Source: Patescibacteria group bacterium
GTDB lineage: Bacteria; Patescibacteriota; Minisyncoccia; UBA6257; HR35
Direction of reading: 5' to 3'
Length of the DNA: 55,273 bases
Assembly: GCA_036741875.1 (NCBI GenBank)
Contig: DAINRM010000002.1
Span: 27,845-83,117, forward strand
The position numbers were made by a program, and so were the translations under genes. This document shows positions 37,213-46,363 of this stretch, one piece after another. How positions within the stretch are numbered: position 1 is the stretch's first letter; each line of letters starts with the position of its first letter. Below the pieces are notes generated by a model, which worked only from the letters and a program-made list of their open reading frames with translations, made no database searches and was not told where the DNA came from.

Positions 37213-39345
37213 ATGCCACGTCTTTACCCTATTGAAAAAACAAGAAATATAGGAATTATTGCTCATATTGATGCTGGAAAGACAACAACTACAGAAAGGA
37301 TTTTATATTATACAGGAATTTCCCATAAAATTGGAGAAGTTCATGAAGGAACTACTGTGACTGATTGGATGCCACAAGAAAGAGAAAGGGGTATTACTAT
37401 TACTGCTGCAGCAGTCACGTGTTTTTGGACGCAAAGTTATTTAAAACAAGCAGAAACAAGGGAAGAAAGAATTAAAGGAGAATATAAAATAAACATTATT
37501 GATACTCCAGGACATATAGATTTTACTGCTGAAGTTGAAAGATCTTTAAGAGTTTTAGATGGAGCCGTGGTTTTATTTGATGCTGTTCAAGGTGTTGAAG
37601 CTCAATCAGAAACAGTTTGGCATCAAGCTGATAAATATAAAGTGCCAAGAATTTGTTTTATTAATAAAATGGATAAAATTGGAGCTGATTTTGAAGATGC
37701 TTTAAATTCAATCTATGAAAAGCTTACGAGAAACGCTGTTCCTGTTTGTATCCCCATAGGTAAAGAAGAAAATTTTAGAGGAGTGATAGATTTGATTACT
37801 ATGAAAGAAGTTTATTTTGAAGGAGAAAAAGGAGAAAAAGTTATTTATAAAGAAATTGATCCTTCTTTAGAAAGCTATGCTCAAGAATGGAGAAATCATA
37901 TGTTGGAAAAATTAGCTGAAAGTGATGAAATTTTTATGGATAAATATTTTTCTGGAGAATTTAATGAAGATGATATTAGAAAAGCTATAAGAAGAGCTTG
38001 TATTAATTATCTTTTTATTCCTGTTTATTGTGGTTCTGCTTTAGATAACAAAGGTGTTCAACTTGTTTTAGATGGTGTGCTTGATTTTCTGCCTTCACCA
38101 ATTGATTTGCCTCCAGTTAAAGGTATCAATCCAATTACAGGAAGTGAGGAAATAAGAAAAGCTGATGACAACGAACCATTTTCAGCTCTTATTTTTAAAA
38201 TTATGGTTGATCCTCATGTCGGTACTCTTTCTTATTTTAGAATTTATTCTGGTACTTTAAAATCAGGAACAACAGTTTTAAATACTTCTACGGGGGAAAC
38301 TTATAGAATAGGAAGAATAGCTAGAATGCATGCTAATCATCGTGAAGAAGTAGATGAAATGTTTGCTGGAGATATCGGAGCGATTGTTGGAGGAAAGGAT
38401 CTAAAAACTGGAGATACTATTTGTGATCCTAAACATCCTATTATGTTTGAAAAAATCCAATTTGCTGAACCTGTAGTTTGGATGAAAGTTGAACCAAAAA
38501 CAAAAGCCGATCAAGAAAAAATGGGTTTAGCCCTTAAAGCGTTAGCCGATGAAGATCCAACCTTTAAAGTAGCTGTTAATCAAGAAACAGGAGATACGTT
38601 AATTGGTGGTATGGGAGAACTTCAGCTTGAAATTATGGTTGATAGGCTCAGAAGAGAATTTAAAGTAGATGTTAATATAGGTAAACCCCAAGTTGCTTAT
38701 AAAGAAACCATTACCCAAGTTGTTGAAAGAGTTGAAGGTAAATACATAAGACAAAGCGGTGGTAGAGGACAATACGGACATGTTATTGTTAGACTGGAAC
38801 CACTTGAAAGAGGAAAGGGTTTTGAATTTGTTAACGCTATTAAAGGAGGTATTATTCCTGATAATTTTATTCCTTCGGTGGAAAAAGGAATTAAAGAAGC
38901 TATGGAAAAAGGAGTTATTGCTGGCTATCCGGTAACAGATATAAGAGTAATTTTATATGATGGTTCTTATCATGAGGTTGACTCTTCTGATATCGCTTTT
39001 AAAATTGCTGGTGCTATTGCTCTTCAAGAAGGGGTTAAACAAGGAAATCCTGTACTTCTTGAACCTATAATGAAAGTAGAGGTCACTGTTCCTTCAGAAT
39101 TTGTTGGTGATGTTACTGGTGATCTTTCATCTCGAAGGGCTCGAATTGAAGAAGTTATTGATGAAGAAAAAGTTAAAATTATTCATGCTAAAGTGCCCTT
39201 AGCAGAGATGTTTGGATATGTAACTGTTTTAAGATCTTTAACCCAAGGAAGGGGTTCTTTCTATATGGAATTTTCACATTATGAAGTGGTACCACCACAA
39301 ATCAGAGAAGAAATTCTTCGTTTGAGAAATAATGTCAAAATCTAA
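37213..39345 (+). CDS. fusA: translation elongation factor G
   Basis: 710 aa with GTPase motifs [14 protein letters not shown] and NKMD, plus EF-G domains IV/V. Confidence 0.96.
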   Translation: MPRLYPIEKTRNIGIIAHIDAGKTTTTERILYYTGISHKIGEVHEGTTVTDWMPQERERGITITAAAVTCFWTQSYLKQAETREERIKGEYKINIIDTPGHIDFTAEVERSLRVLDGAVVLFDAVQGVEAQSETVWHQADKYKVPRICFINKMDKIGADFEDALNSIYEKLTRNAVPVCIPIGKEENFRGVIDLITMKEVYFEGEKGEKVIYKEIDPSLESYAQEWRNHMLEKLAESDEIFMDKYFSGEFNEDDIRKAIRRACINYLFIPVYCGSALDNKGVQLVLDGVLDFLPSPIDLPPVKGINPITGSEEIRKADDNEPFSALIFKIMVDPHVGTLSYFRIYSGTLKSGTTVLNTSTGETYRIGRIARMHANHREEVDEMFAGDIGAIVGGKDLKTGDTICDPKHPIMFEKIQFAEPVVWMKVEPKTKADQEKMGLALKALADEDPTFKVAVNQETGDTLIGGMGELQLEIMVDRLRREFKVDVNIGKPQVAYKETITQVVERVEGKYIRQSGGRGQYGHVIVRLEPLERGKGFEFVNAIKGGIIPDNFIPSVEKGIKEAMEKGVIAGYPVTDIRVILYDGSYHEVDSSDIAFKIAGAIALQEGVKQGNPVLLEPIMKVEVTVPSEFVGDVTGDLSSRRARIEEVIDEEKVKIIHAKVPLAEMFGYVTVLRSLTQGRGSFYMEFSHYEVVPPQIREEILRLRNNVKI

Positions 39346-39769
39346 AGCTCAACTTCTTTTGGAAGTTGTTTTAATCTTAGGTTTGATAACAATTATTCTC
39401 GGTATTTTCGCTTCCGCTCTTGTTCTTTCTTTTAATGCTCTTCGTTATAGTAATATAAGCCAAGACATTACTATCTACGGTTTTGAAAAATACAGAAACG
39501 CTCTTTTTGATATTGCTCAAAGAAATTTCAATTATTTAAATTCACTTTCAACAACTACAGATTATTTTTTGACTTCAACAATTTCTGGTTGGCAAATTGT
39601 TCTAGGTAAGGAAAGTGTTAAATCTGGTTTAGAAGAATATTTTTTTAGTTTTAGAATTGATAATTTTCAAAACAATCCTGATGTAAAATTAATAAAAGTA
39701 ACAGGGGAATCTCAAAATATTATTTTTAACGATTATTTTCTTATACCTAAACTGAATGTTAGCTTTTAA
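39332..39769 (+). CDS. type IV pilin-like (pseudopilin) protein
   Basis: 145 aa with the class III signal-like N-terminus [17 protein letters not shown] (Glu at +5, Ala at -1). Overlaps the fusA 3' end by 14 nt. Confidence 0.6.
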   Translation: MSKSKAQLLLEVVLILGLITIILGIFASALVLSFNALRYSNISQDITIYGFEKYRNALFDIAQRNFNYLNSLSTTTDYFLTSTISGWQIVLGKESVKSGLEEYFFSFRIDNFQNNPDVKLIKVTGESQNIIFNDYFLIPKLNVSF

Positions 39770-40664
39770 AAAAGGTTTAACTCTTTTAGAAGTAGTTATT
39801 TTTTTGGGTGTTTTTTCAATTGTCGGCCTTATTGTTTTTCCTCTTCTTATTAATACTTTAAATTTTTATCAAGGAACTGTTGGAGAAGTAGATGTTTCTC
39901 GTGAGGCAAGAAATTTAATACTTACTTTTCAAAAAGAAGCTTATAAAAGTAAAAATATAAACTTCATCACCGACTATGAGCTTCTTTTTGAAAAATTTAA
40001 TGGAGATAAATCTATTCTTTTTCGAACCTCTCCTGTTTTTTTAAATTTTGAATCTTCTACTTTAGAAGGAATGATAAGCAATATAAGAATAGGCTCTGTA
40101 AGTCTTAAAGGAGAAAATTATTCTGTAAAATTTATAAACTCTTCATCTTGTCTTATTTCTTCAGGCAATTCAGTGACTTCGCTTTATGCTCTTTCAGATT
40201 ATGCTTGGTCACCTCAACTTGGTTGGATAAGTTTTAGAAACTCTTCCGGAGAAAGCATTGTTTACGGAGTTTGTATTACCTCTAGTACTCAACCAGAACT
40301 TAGAGGTTATGCTTATAATGATATTATTGGCTTTATAGTTTTTAATTGTTTAGATTTAGGTGTTTGTTCTTCAAGTAATTTTAAAGTTGAGTTAGTAGAA
40401 GGAAAATATTTACAAGGTTTTGCTTGGAATGATATTTTAGGTTGGCTCTTTTTTGATGGACCTCGAGGACAAGTTTACTTGGCTGAATTGGACAGTAATT
40501 ATAATTTAAAAAAAATTTTCCGAATTGTTGATAAAAGAATTAATGTTAAAAACTTAAGTTTTCAAAAATTAAATGGTTCTTATAAAACCTCCTTTACCAT
40601 AAGTGACGAAACTAATAAAAAGGAAGTTAGTTATGAAACAGCTATTAGTTTACCTTTTAAATAA
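39756..40664 (+). CDS. type IV pilin-like protein with three GW-type repeats
   Basis: 302 aa with the prepilin N-terminus [18 protein letters not shown]. Three copies of the G(Y/F)AW-x4-GW(I/L)-x-F motif. Confidence 0.75.
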   Translation: MLAFKKGLTLLEVVIFLGVFSIVGLIVFPLLINTLNFYQGTVGEVDVSREARNLILTFQKEAYKSKNINFITDYELLFEKFNGDKSILFRTSPVFLNFESSTLEGMISNIRIGSVSLKGENYSVKFINSSSCLISSGNSVTSLYALSDYAWSPQLGWISFRNSSGESIVYGVCITSSTQPELRGYAYNDIIGFIVFNCLDLGVCSSSNFKVELVEGKYLQGFAWNDILGWLFFDGPRGQVYLAELDSNYNLKKIFRIVDKRINVKNLSFQKLNGSYKTSFTISDETNKKEVSYETAISLPFK

Positions 40665-41066
40665 ATGAAAAAAGGACAAATTTTGTTAGGTTTTTTAGGT
40701 ATAATCTTGATTTTTTTTAGTTTTTTAGTTATAATAGTACTAAATTATCTTTCTTTTTCTTATAACTTATCATTCATTTTTCAAAGAAACATTTCTTTAA
40801 AATCTTTAGAAATAAGCGGTTTACGTTATGCCTTATATAGAATTAATCAAGATAGAGATTTTACTACGACTTCAATGCAAATAAACCTGCCACAAGGTTA
40901 CGTTGATATTTCTATTACTACTACTTCTTTAAGCTCTAATTTAAGGCTTATTTCTTTAACTTCAACTCTTACTTCAACAGCTATATCTAAAAATCTTTTC
41001 GCTACCGCTACTATTGATATAAGCTCAGCAAGTTCAACTATTTTAAACTTAGAGGTGTCAGATTAG
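40665..41066 (+). CDS. minor pilin-like protein lacking Glu+5 (PilX/GspK-like)
   Basis: 133 aa. N-terminus MKKG/QILLGFLGIILIFF, with a Ser/Thr-rich C-terminal part. Confidence 0.5.
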   Translation: MKKGQILLGFLGIILIFFSFLVIIVLNYLSFSYNLSFIFQRNISLKSLEISGLRYALYRINQDRDFTTTSMQINLPQGYVDISITTTSLSSNLRLISLTSTLTSTAISKNLFATATIDISSASSTILNLEVSD

Positions 41067-41148
41067 GGCAGGTGGCGGAATTGGCAGACGCGCAAGGTTC
41101 AGAGCCTTGTGGCTTAAGGCCGTGAGGGTTCGAATCCCTCCCTGCCCA
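41066..41148 (+). tRNA. tRNA-Leu (anticodon CAG)
   Basis: Class II tRNA: acceptor GGGCAGG/CCTGCCC, anticodon arm CAAGG-TTCAGAG-CCTTG, T-arm GAGGG-TTCGAAT-CCCTC. Its first nt is the last nt of the preceding TAG stop. Confidence 0.9.
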
Positions 41149-41176
41149 AAAGGTCAAATTAAAAAATCTAATTTAA

Positions 41177-42955
41177 ATGAGTGCGGATATCAAGCAAATT
41201 GAAGAAATAAAAAAAGAAGAATTTAAATTAAGAAGAAAAGAAAAAAATAAAGAAAAAAGATATTTTGGAACTTTAAAAATCATTCCTTTGGGCGGTTTAG
41301 AAGAAGTAGGAAGAAATCTAACAGCTTTTGAGCTTAATGATAAAGAAATCCTTATTATTGATATAGGTTTGGGTTACCCATTTTTTGAAGAAATGCCAGG
41401 CGTTGATTTTCTAATTCCTAATGTTGAATATTTAGAGAAAAATAAAGAAAAAATAGTAGGTATTGTTATTACTCACGGGCATTACGATCATATCGGAGCT
41501 ATTCCTTATCTTATTGATAAATTGGGTAATCCTCCTATTTATGCCACACCGCTTTCAAAAGGAATTATTTTAAAAAGACAAGAAGATTTTCCTTCCTCCC
41601 CAAAATTAGAAGTTATAGAATTTAGAAAAGACATTTATAAACCATTAAAAATAGGTTCTTTTATTATCGATTATTTCCATGTTAATCATAATATTCCTGA
41701 TTCGGTAGGACTTTTTATTCAAACCCCTGTTGGTAATATTATGCACACTGGAGACTTTAAAATAGATTTTACTCCCTTCTTTGATAAACCCGCTGATCTT
41801 TCAAGAATTGTTAAACTTTCTTTAAGAGGTGTAAGACTTTTGATGATAGACTCAACTAATTCCTATCAACCAGGTTTTGTTATTTCCGAAAGAAAAATTA
41901 TGGAAACCCTAGAAGAAATTTTTAGAAAAGCTAATGGAAGAATTATCGCTGTAACCTTCGCTTCTCTTTTAGAAAGAATACAACAACTTATTTATCTTTC
42001 CGCTATTTATGGAAGAAGAGTTGTTGTTGATGGACATACCATGAGAATGAATGTCGAAGTAGCTAGAAATTTGAGATATCTTCAGATGCCCAAAGGAACA
42101 ATTATTAAACCAGAAGAATCTTTTAAACTTAAACCTCATCAAGTAACTATTATTTGTACAGGTTCTCAAGCTGAGGAAGGTTCAGCTTTAATGAGAATTG
42201 TTAACGGTGAGCATAGATATTTCAAACTAATAAAAGACGATACAGTTATCTTTTCATCTTCAATTATTCCTGGTAATGAAAGAATTGTTCAAGAATTAAA
42301 AGATGATATTTTAAAACAAGGAGCTAAAGTTGTCCATTACCAAATGATGGACATTCATGCTTCTGGACATGCTTTTTCTGAAGAAGTAAAGCTTTTTATT
42401 AGTTTAGTTAAACCAGAATACGTGATGCCGGTTCATGGCCATTATTTTATGCTCAAAGCTGTTGAAGAAATAGCTGTTAATTTGGGCATGCCTCAAGAAA
42501 AAATTATTATCGCCCAAAACGGCGATGTGATTAAAATGGTACCAGAAAAAATATTTAAAACTGAAGAAAAAATACCAGCTTATACAGTTTATGTTGATGG
42601 TTTAGGCATGGGTTCAGTCGAAAGTGTTGTTTTAAGAGATAGAAAAAATTTAGCTAAAGAAGGCATGTTTCTTATTATAGTCACTATTGATAGTCAAACT
42701 GGAGAAATTAGAAAAAATCCAGAAATTATCTTCAAGGGTTTTGTTTATTCTAAAGAATCAAATAAGGAATTAATCCAAGAACTTTCACAACTCATTAAAA
42801 AAATTGTTAAGAGAAATATAAAATTTTTAGGAGAAGAAGCTCCTCTAATTCAAGAAGAACAAATTAAATATCACTTAAGAGAAGAAATAGCTGATTTTCT
42901 TTATCACAAAACAGGAGGAAGACCAATGATTTTACCGGTAGTGATAAAAATTTAA
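41177..42955 (+). CDS. rnj: ribonuclease J
   Basis: 592 aa with the metallo-beta-lactamase motif THGHYDHIG, a beta-CASP region and a C-terminal domain. Confidence 0.9.
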   Translation: MSADIKQIEEIKKEEFKLRRKEKNKEKRYFGTLKIIPLGGLEEVGRNLTAFELNDKEILIIDIGLGYPFFEEMPGVDFLIPNVEYLEKNKEKIVGIVITHGHYDHIGAIPYLIDKLGNPPIYATPLSKGIILKRQEDFPSSPKLEVIEFRKDIYKPLKIGSFIIDYFHVNHNIPDSVGLFIQTPVGNIMHTGDFKIDFTPFFDKPADLSRIVKLSLRGVRLLMIDSTNSYQPGFVISERKIMETLEEIFRKANGRIIAVTFASLLERIQQLIYLSAIYGRRVVVDGHTMRMNVEVARNLRYLQMPKGTIIKPEESFKLKPHQVTIICTGSQAEEGSALMRIVNGEHRYFKLIKDDTVIFSSSIIPGNERIVQELKDDILKQGAKVVHYQMMDIHASGHAFSEEVKLFISLVKPEYVMPVHGHYFMLKAVEEIAVNLGMPQEKIIIAQNGDVIKMVPEKIFKTEEKIPAYTVYVDGLGMGSVESVVLRDRKNLAKEGMFLIIVTIDSQTGEIRKNPEIIFKGFVYSKESNKELIQELSQLIKKIVKRNIKFLGEEAPLIQEEQIKYHLREEIADFLYHKTGGRPMILPVVIKI

Positions 42956-42957
42956 AA

Positions 42958-43299
42958 ATGAAAGAAAGAAAAAAATTTGAAGTTATTAAAGCTCTTTCAA
43001 AAATTATGCAAAAATTTAATATTTTTAGAAATGATCTTTTTACTATTGTTGACGTAAAACTTCCTAAAAAAGGGGGTTATTTAAGAGTTTATCTTAGCGT
43101 TTTTCCAGAAAAGAAAAAAAATGAAATTGTTTCTTATTTTCAAAAAATAAATTCTACTCTTAAAAATGAATTAAAAAAAGAAGTTTATTTAAGACATTTA
43201 CCTTCTAAAATAGTTTTTTACACTTCTCAAGAATTTGAAGAAGCAGAAAAGGTTTATAAAATTTTAGAAAAAATAAAGGATGAAGAAAAAAGTAAATAA
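42958..43299 (+). CDS. rbfA: ribosome-binding factor A
   Basis: 113 aa with an RbfA-like pattern (TIVDVKLPKKGGYLRVYLSV ... YLRHLPSKIVF). Confidence 0.65.
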   Translation: MKERKKFEVIKALSKIMQKFNIFRNDLFTIVDVKLPKKGGYLRVYLSVFPEKKKNEIVSYFQKINSTLKNELKKEVYLRHLPSKIVFYTSQEFEEAEKVYKILEKIKDEEKSK

Positions 43300-43591
43300 A
43301 GTTTTACGTGGTAAAAAAGTAGAAAAATTGGCTTTAGAGATTTTGAAAAAAAGAAACTATCTCGTTTGGAAACCGCCTAAAGTAAAATTTTATTCTCAGG
43401 ATATTTTAGGTTTTTTTGATATTATTGCTTTAAGTAAAAAAGATTTAAAACTTATTCAAGTTCAAAAAGAAAGATTAAGGCCTTATAAAATAAAAAAAAT
43501 ATTTAAACTTCCTAAACCTAAAAAAATTTCTTATGAGGTCTGGGTTTATGATCCCCATTTAAAAAATTTTAAAATTTATGATAAAATGTGA
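43280..43591 (+). CDS. small PD-(D/E)xK-fold protein (YraN/Hjc-like), tentative
   Basis: 103 aa. GKKVEKLALEILKKRNYLV ... FFDIIALSKKDLKLIQVQKE matches the YraN/Hjc layout, but QVQK replaces the usual EVK. Overlaps rbfA by 20 nt. Confidence 0.4.
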   Translation: MKKKVNKVLRGKKVEKLALEILKKRNYLVWKPPKVKFYSQDILGFFDIIALSKKDLKLIQVQKERLRPYKIKKIFKLPKPKKISYEVWVYDPHLKNFKIYDKM

Positions 43592-43597
43592 ATTAAC

Positions 43598-43954
43598 ATG
43601 ACACATAATCTTATAAAAGTTGTTGAAGAAAAATATTTAAGAAAAGATCTTCCTGAAATAAAACCGGGTATGGTGGTAAGAGTTTGGCAAAAAATTAAAG
43701 AAAAGAAAAGAGAATTTTTACAAAAATTTGAAGGTTTAGTGATTTCCGTAAAAAGAAAAAGGGGGACAAGGGTGATGTTTACAGTTAGAGGAGAAGCTGC
43801 CGGCCAAATGATAGAAAAGATATACCCTTTGCATTCTCCAATTATAGAAAAAATTGAGATTTTAGGAAAAGCAAAAACAAGAAGAGCAAAACTTTATTTT
43901 GTAAGAAATTTTCATCCAAGGGAAATAAAGAAAAAATTAAAGGTTTCAATTTAA
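43598..43954 (+). CDS. rplS: 50S ribosomal protein L19
   Basis: 118 aa. LPEIKPGMVVRVWQKIKEKKREFLQKFEGLVI... Confidence 0.92.
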   Translation: MTHNLIKVVEEKYLRKDLPEIKPGMVVRVWQKIKEKKREFLQKFEGLVISVKRKRGTRVMFTVRGEAAGQMIEKIYPLHSPIIEKIEILGKAKTRRAKLYFVRNFHPREIKKKLKVSI

Positions 43955-44871
43955 ACTTTATTTTTGTTAAGATAATTTATAACACCTAAACCAGCAGCAA
44001 TTCCTTGTCCGACGGCTATACCTATTTGTTTGTGAGGAAAATCAGTGACATCTCCAGCAGCAAAAAAGCCAGGAATATTAGTTTCACAAAATTTATTAAC
44101 AATAATTTCGCCAAATTCATTTTTTACTTTCCACTCATCTGGAATCATTTCTGAATTTGGTTTTAAACCTATATGAATAAAAACCCCATCAACTTTTAAA
44201 TCTTTCATTTCATCTGTATTTTTGTCTAAATACTTTATACCCCTAACAAAATCATCACCATAAATTTCTTGTGTTAAAGCATTATAAATTATTTCAATAT
44301 TTTCTTTTTTGGAAATCTCTTCAATTAAAATTTTATCACCTTTAAATTGAGGATTTTTGTTGATAATATAAGCCTTAGGACAAATATTAGAAGCCATAAT
44401 TCCTGCTTCTAAAGCAGAATTCCCTCCACCTACAATAGCAACAACTTTTCCCTTAAAAAGCGGCATGTCACAAACAGAACAATAGCTTACACCTTTATGA
44501 TAAAATTCGTTTTCTCCGGGAACATTTAACTTTTTAGGTGTTGCTCCTGTAGCTAAAATTAAGGTTTTAGAAAAATATAAATTGTTACTTTTAGTTTGAA
44601 CTTTAAAAATATTTCCTTCCTTTTCTATTTTGATAACTTCATCAATTATAGGTTCAACCCCATAACTCTTAAGATGTTCTTCAAATTTTTCTGCTAATTC
44701 AAATCCACTAGTTTTTGGAAAACCCGGATAATTTTCTACAATACCAGAAAGAGCCATCTCACCACCGATGTCTTTAGCAATAATAATAAAATTAAGTCCT
44801 TGTCTTTTTAAATAAATAGCTGAACTAATTCCACCAGCTGAAGCGCCAATAATAATTGAATCGTAAATCAT
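43951..44871 (-). CDS. trxB: thioredoxin-disulfide reductase-like flavoprotein
   Basis: 306 aa with the FAD motif IIGASAGG, redox-active CSVC, GGGNSALE and GFFAAGD. The NADPH 2'-phosphate motif HRRxxxR is replaced by NKNxxxK. Confidence 0.85.
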   Translation of the reverse strand: MIYDSIIIGASAGGISSAIYLKRQGLNFIIIAKDIGGEMALSGIVENYPGFPKTSGFELAEKFEEHLKSYGVEPIIDEVIKIEKEGNIFKVQTKSNNLYFSKTLILATGATPKKLNVPGENEFYHKGVSYCSVCDMPLFKGKVVAIVGGGNSALEAGIMASNICPKAYIINKNPQFKGDKILIEEISKKENIEIIYNALTQEIYGDDFVRGIKYLDKNTDEMKDLKVDGVFIHIGLKPNSEMIPDEWKVKNEFGEIIVNKFCETNIPGFFAAGDVTDFPHKQIGIAVGQGIAAGLGVINYLNKNKV

Positions 44872-44873
44872 CT

Positions 44874-45119
44874 TTATTCTAAAGCTTCTCTAAGAGAAAG
44901 AGGATCGTAGCCAATAATTAATTTTTCTTTTCCGTTTTCATCAATAATTAAAGTGACAGGAACACCCATTTGACCAGATTTTTCTATAAGTTCTTTTTCC
45001 CACTGAGGATTTACTTCCACATTTCTTTCTTCATAAAAGTAACCTAAACCTTCTAAGAACTTTTTTGTTTTTTGACACCAAGGACACCAGCTGGTAGTAT
45101 AAATAATTATTTTTTTCAT
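44874..45119 (-). CDS. glutaredoxin/NrdH-like small redoxin
   Basis: 81 aa with a CPWC active site and a GVPVT cis-Pro loop. Confidence 0.85.
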   Translation of the reverse strand: MKKIIIYTTSWCPWCQKTKKFLEGLGYFYEERNVEVNPQWEKELIEKSGQMGVPVTLIIDENGKEKLIIGYDPLSLREALE

Positions 45120-45823
45120 TTCTCGATAATGTTTTTAAATTCAGAAATTAATTCAGGAACAAAGCCTGCCCCTTGATAAACCTTTCCATTTTTAATTATA
45201 AAAAACGTTGGTGTGCCTTCAACTCCGTAACTACTTCCTTCAGCAATATCTTTATTTATATCAGACTCGTATTTTTTCTCTTGAAGACAAGTTTTAAATT
45301 TTTCTTCATTTAATCCTAGGCGAGAAGCTAAATTTAAAAGATATTCATCACTACCAGTAAAGAAATAGTCTCTTCTTTCATTCATAGCTTTAAAGACTTC
45401 CTTATAAACTTCTTTATGAAATTCCCAATATTTTCCTTCTTCATTAGCACATCTTGAAGCTAAATGGACCTTTTTAGCTTGAGGATGAATACCTTCTAAA
45501 GGAAAGTCTCGAAAATAAAAAACAACTTTTTGTAAAAAAATATATTTTTCAAGCTCAGGATAAAGATAATTAGCTGCTAAAGCACAAAAGGGGCAGTGAA
45601 AATCACCAAATTCTACTATTTTTACTTCGGCGCCTTCAAAACCTAAAGGAGGCAAATTGCCTAAATTTACATTTAAATTAACTTCTTGAAAAAAATTGTT
45701 TTTAGATTCCTCTTGTTTGTTTAAATTAGTTAAAGAAACATTCTTTAAAAGAAAATAAGATCCCAAAGATAAAATCAAAATAGTGGTTCCCAAGTAAACA
45801 AGGTTTTTGTAATTTTCTCCCAT
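45116..45823 (-). CDS. membrane-anchored DsbA-family thiol:disulfide oxidoreductase
   Basis: 235 aa with an N-terminal TM segment and a CPFC active site (DFHCPFCALA). ATGA-type overlap with the redoxin gene. Confidence 0.85.
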   Translation of the reverse strand: MGENYKNLVYLGTTILILSLGSYFLLKNVSLTNLNKQEESKNNFFQEVNLNVNLGNLPPLGFEGAEVKIVEFGDFHCPFCALAANYLYPELEKYIFLQKVVFYFRDFPLEGIHPQAKKVHLASRCANEEGKYWEFHKEVYKEVFKAMNERRDYFFTGSDEYLLNLASRLGLNEEKFKTCLQEKKYESDINKDIAEGSSYGVEGTPTFFIIKNGKVYQGAGFVPELISEFKNIIEK

Positions 45824-45870
45824 TTTTTAATCTTTTTAATTTCGACAGAATTAATTTTAAAGTGTTTTTT

Positions 45871-46341
45871 TTAAAATTCCAAACAAGTAGAAGTTGTTGA
45901 AAGAAAAGGAGAAGAACTTGTAGGTATACAAAGATATTTTATCTCATTGGTTAAATTATTTTTTATAGAAATAATAGTGCTTATTGAAGGAACACCATTA
46001 AATTTAGAAAATTTTACTGAAAGAGTACTATTTTCTGCTGGATTTAAAAAACTGAATCTTTTATTCATAGTAAGTTGATAATAAATATTAGTAGGAGATC
46101 CTTTATAAAGAAGAACGTAGTCTGTTGAAGTATTAACAAAACTTACTCCCCAATCACTATTTTCTTCTCCTAAAATTGCTTTTTCTCGTGCTGTTTTTAC
46201 TAAATCTAAAATTCTTTTGTTTGTTTCTTCAAAGAGAAAATTCATTTGGCTTATTTGATTAAAATAATAAAAACCAAAACCTAAAATAATAGAAATAATA
46301 ATTAAAACTAAAAGTGTTTCAAAAAGAGTAAATCCACTCAT
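45871..46341 (-). CDS. type IV pilin (prepilin-type N-terminal cleavage/methylation domain)
   Basis: 156 aa. MSG/FTLFETLLVLIIISIILGF carries canonical G-1, F+1 and E+5. Confidence 0.8.
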   Translation of the reverse strand: MSGFTLFETLLVLIIISIILGFGFYYFNQISQMNFLFEETNKRILDLVKTAREKAILGEENSDWGVSFVNTSTDYVLLYKGSPTNIYYQLTMNKRFSFLNPAENSTLSVKFSKFNGVPSISTIISIKNNLTNEIKYLCIPTSSSPFLSTTSTCLEF

Positions 46342-46363
46342 TTTGTTTTAAAATTTTAATTAA

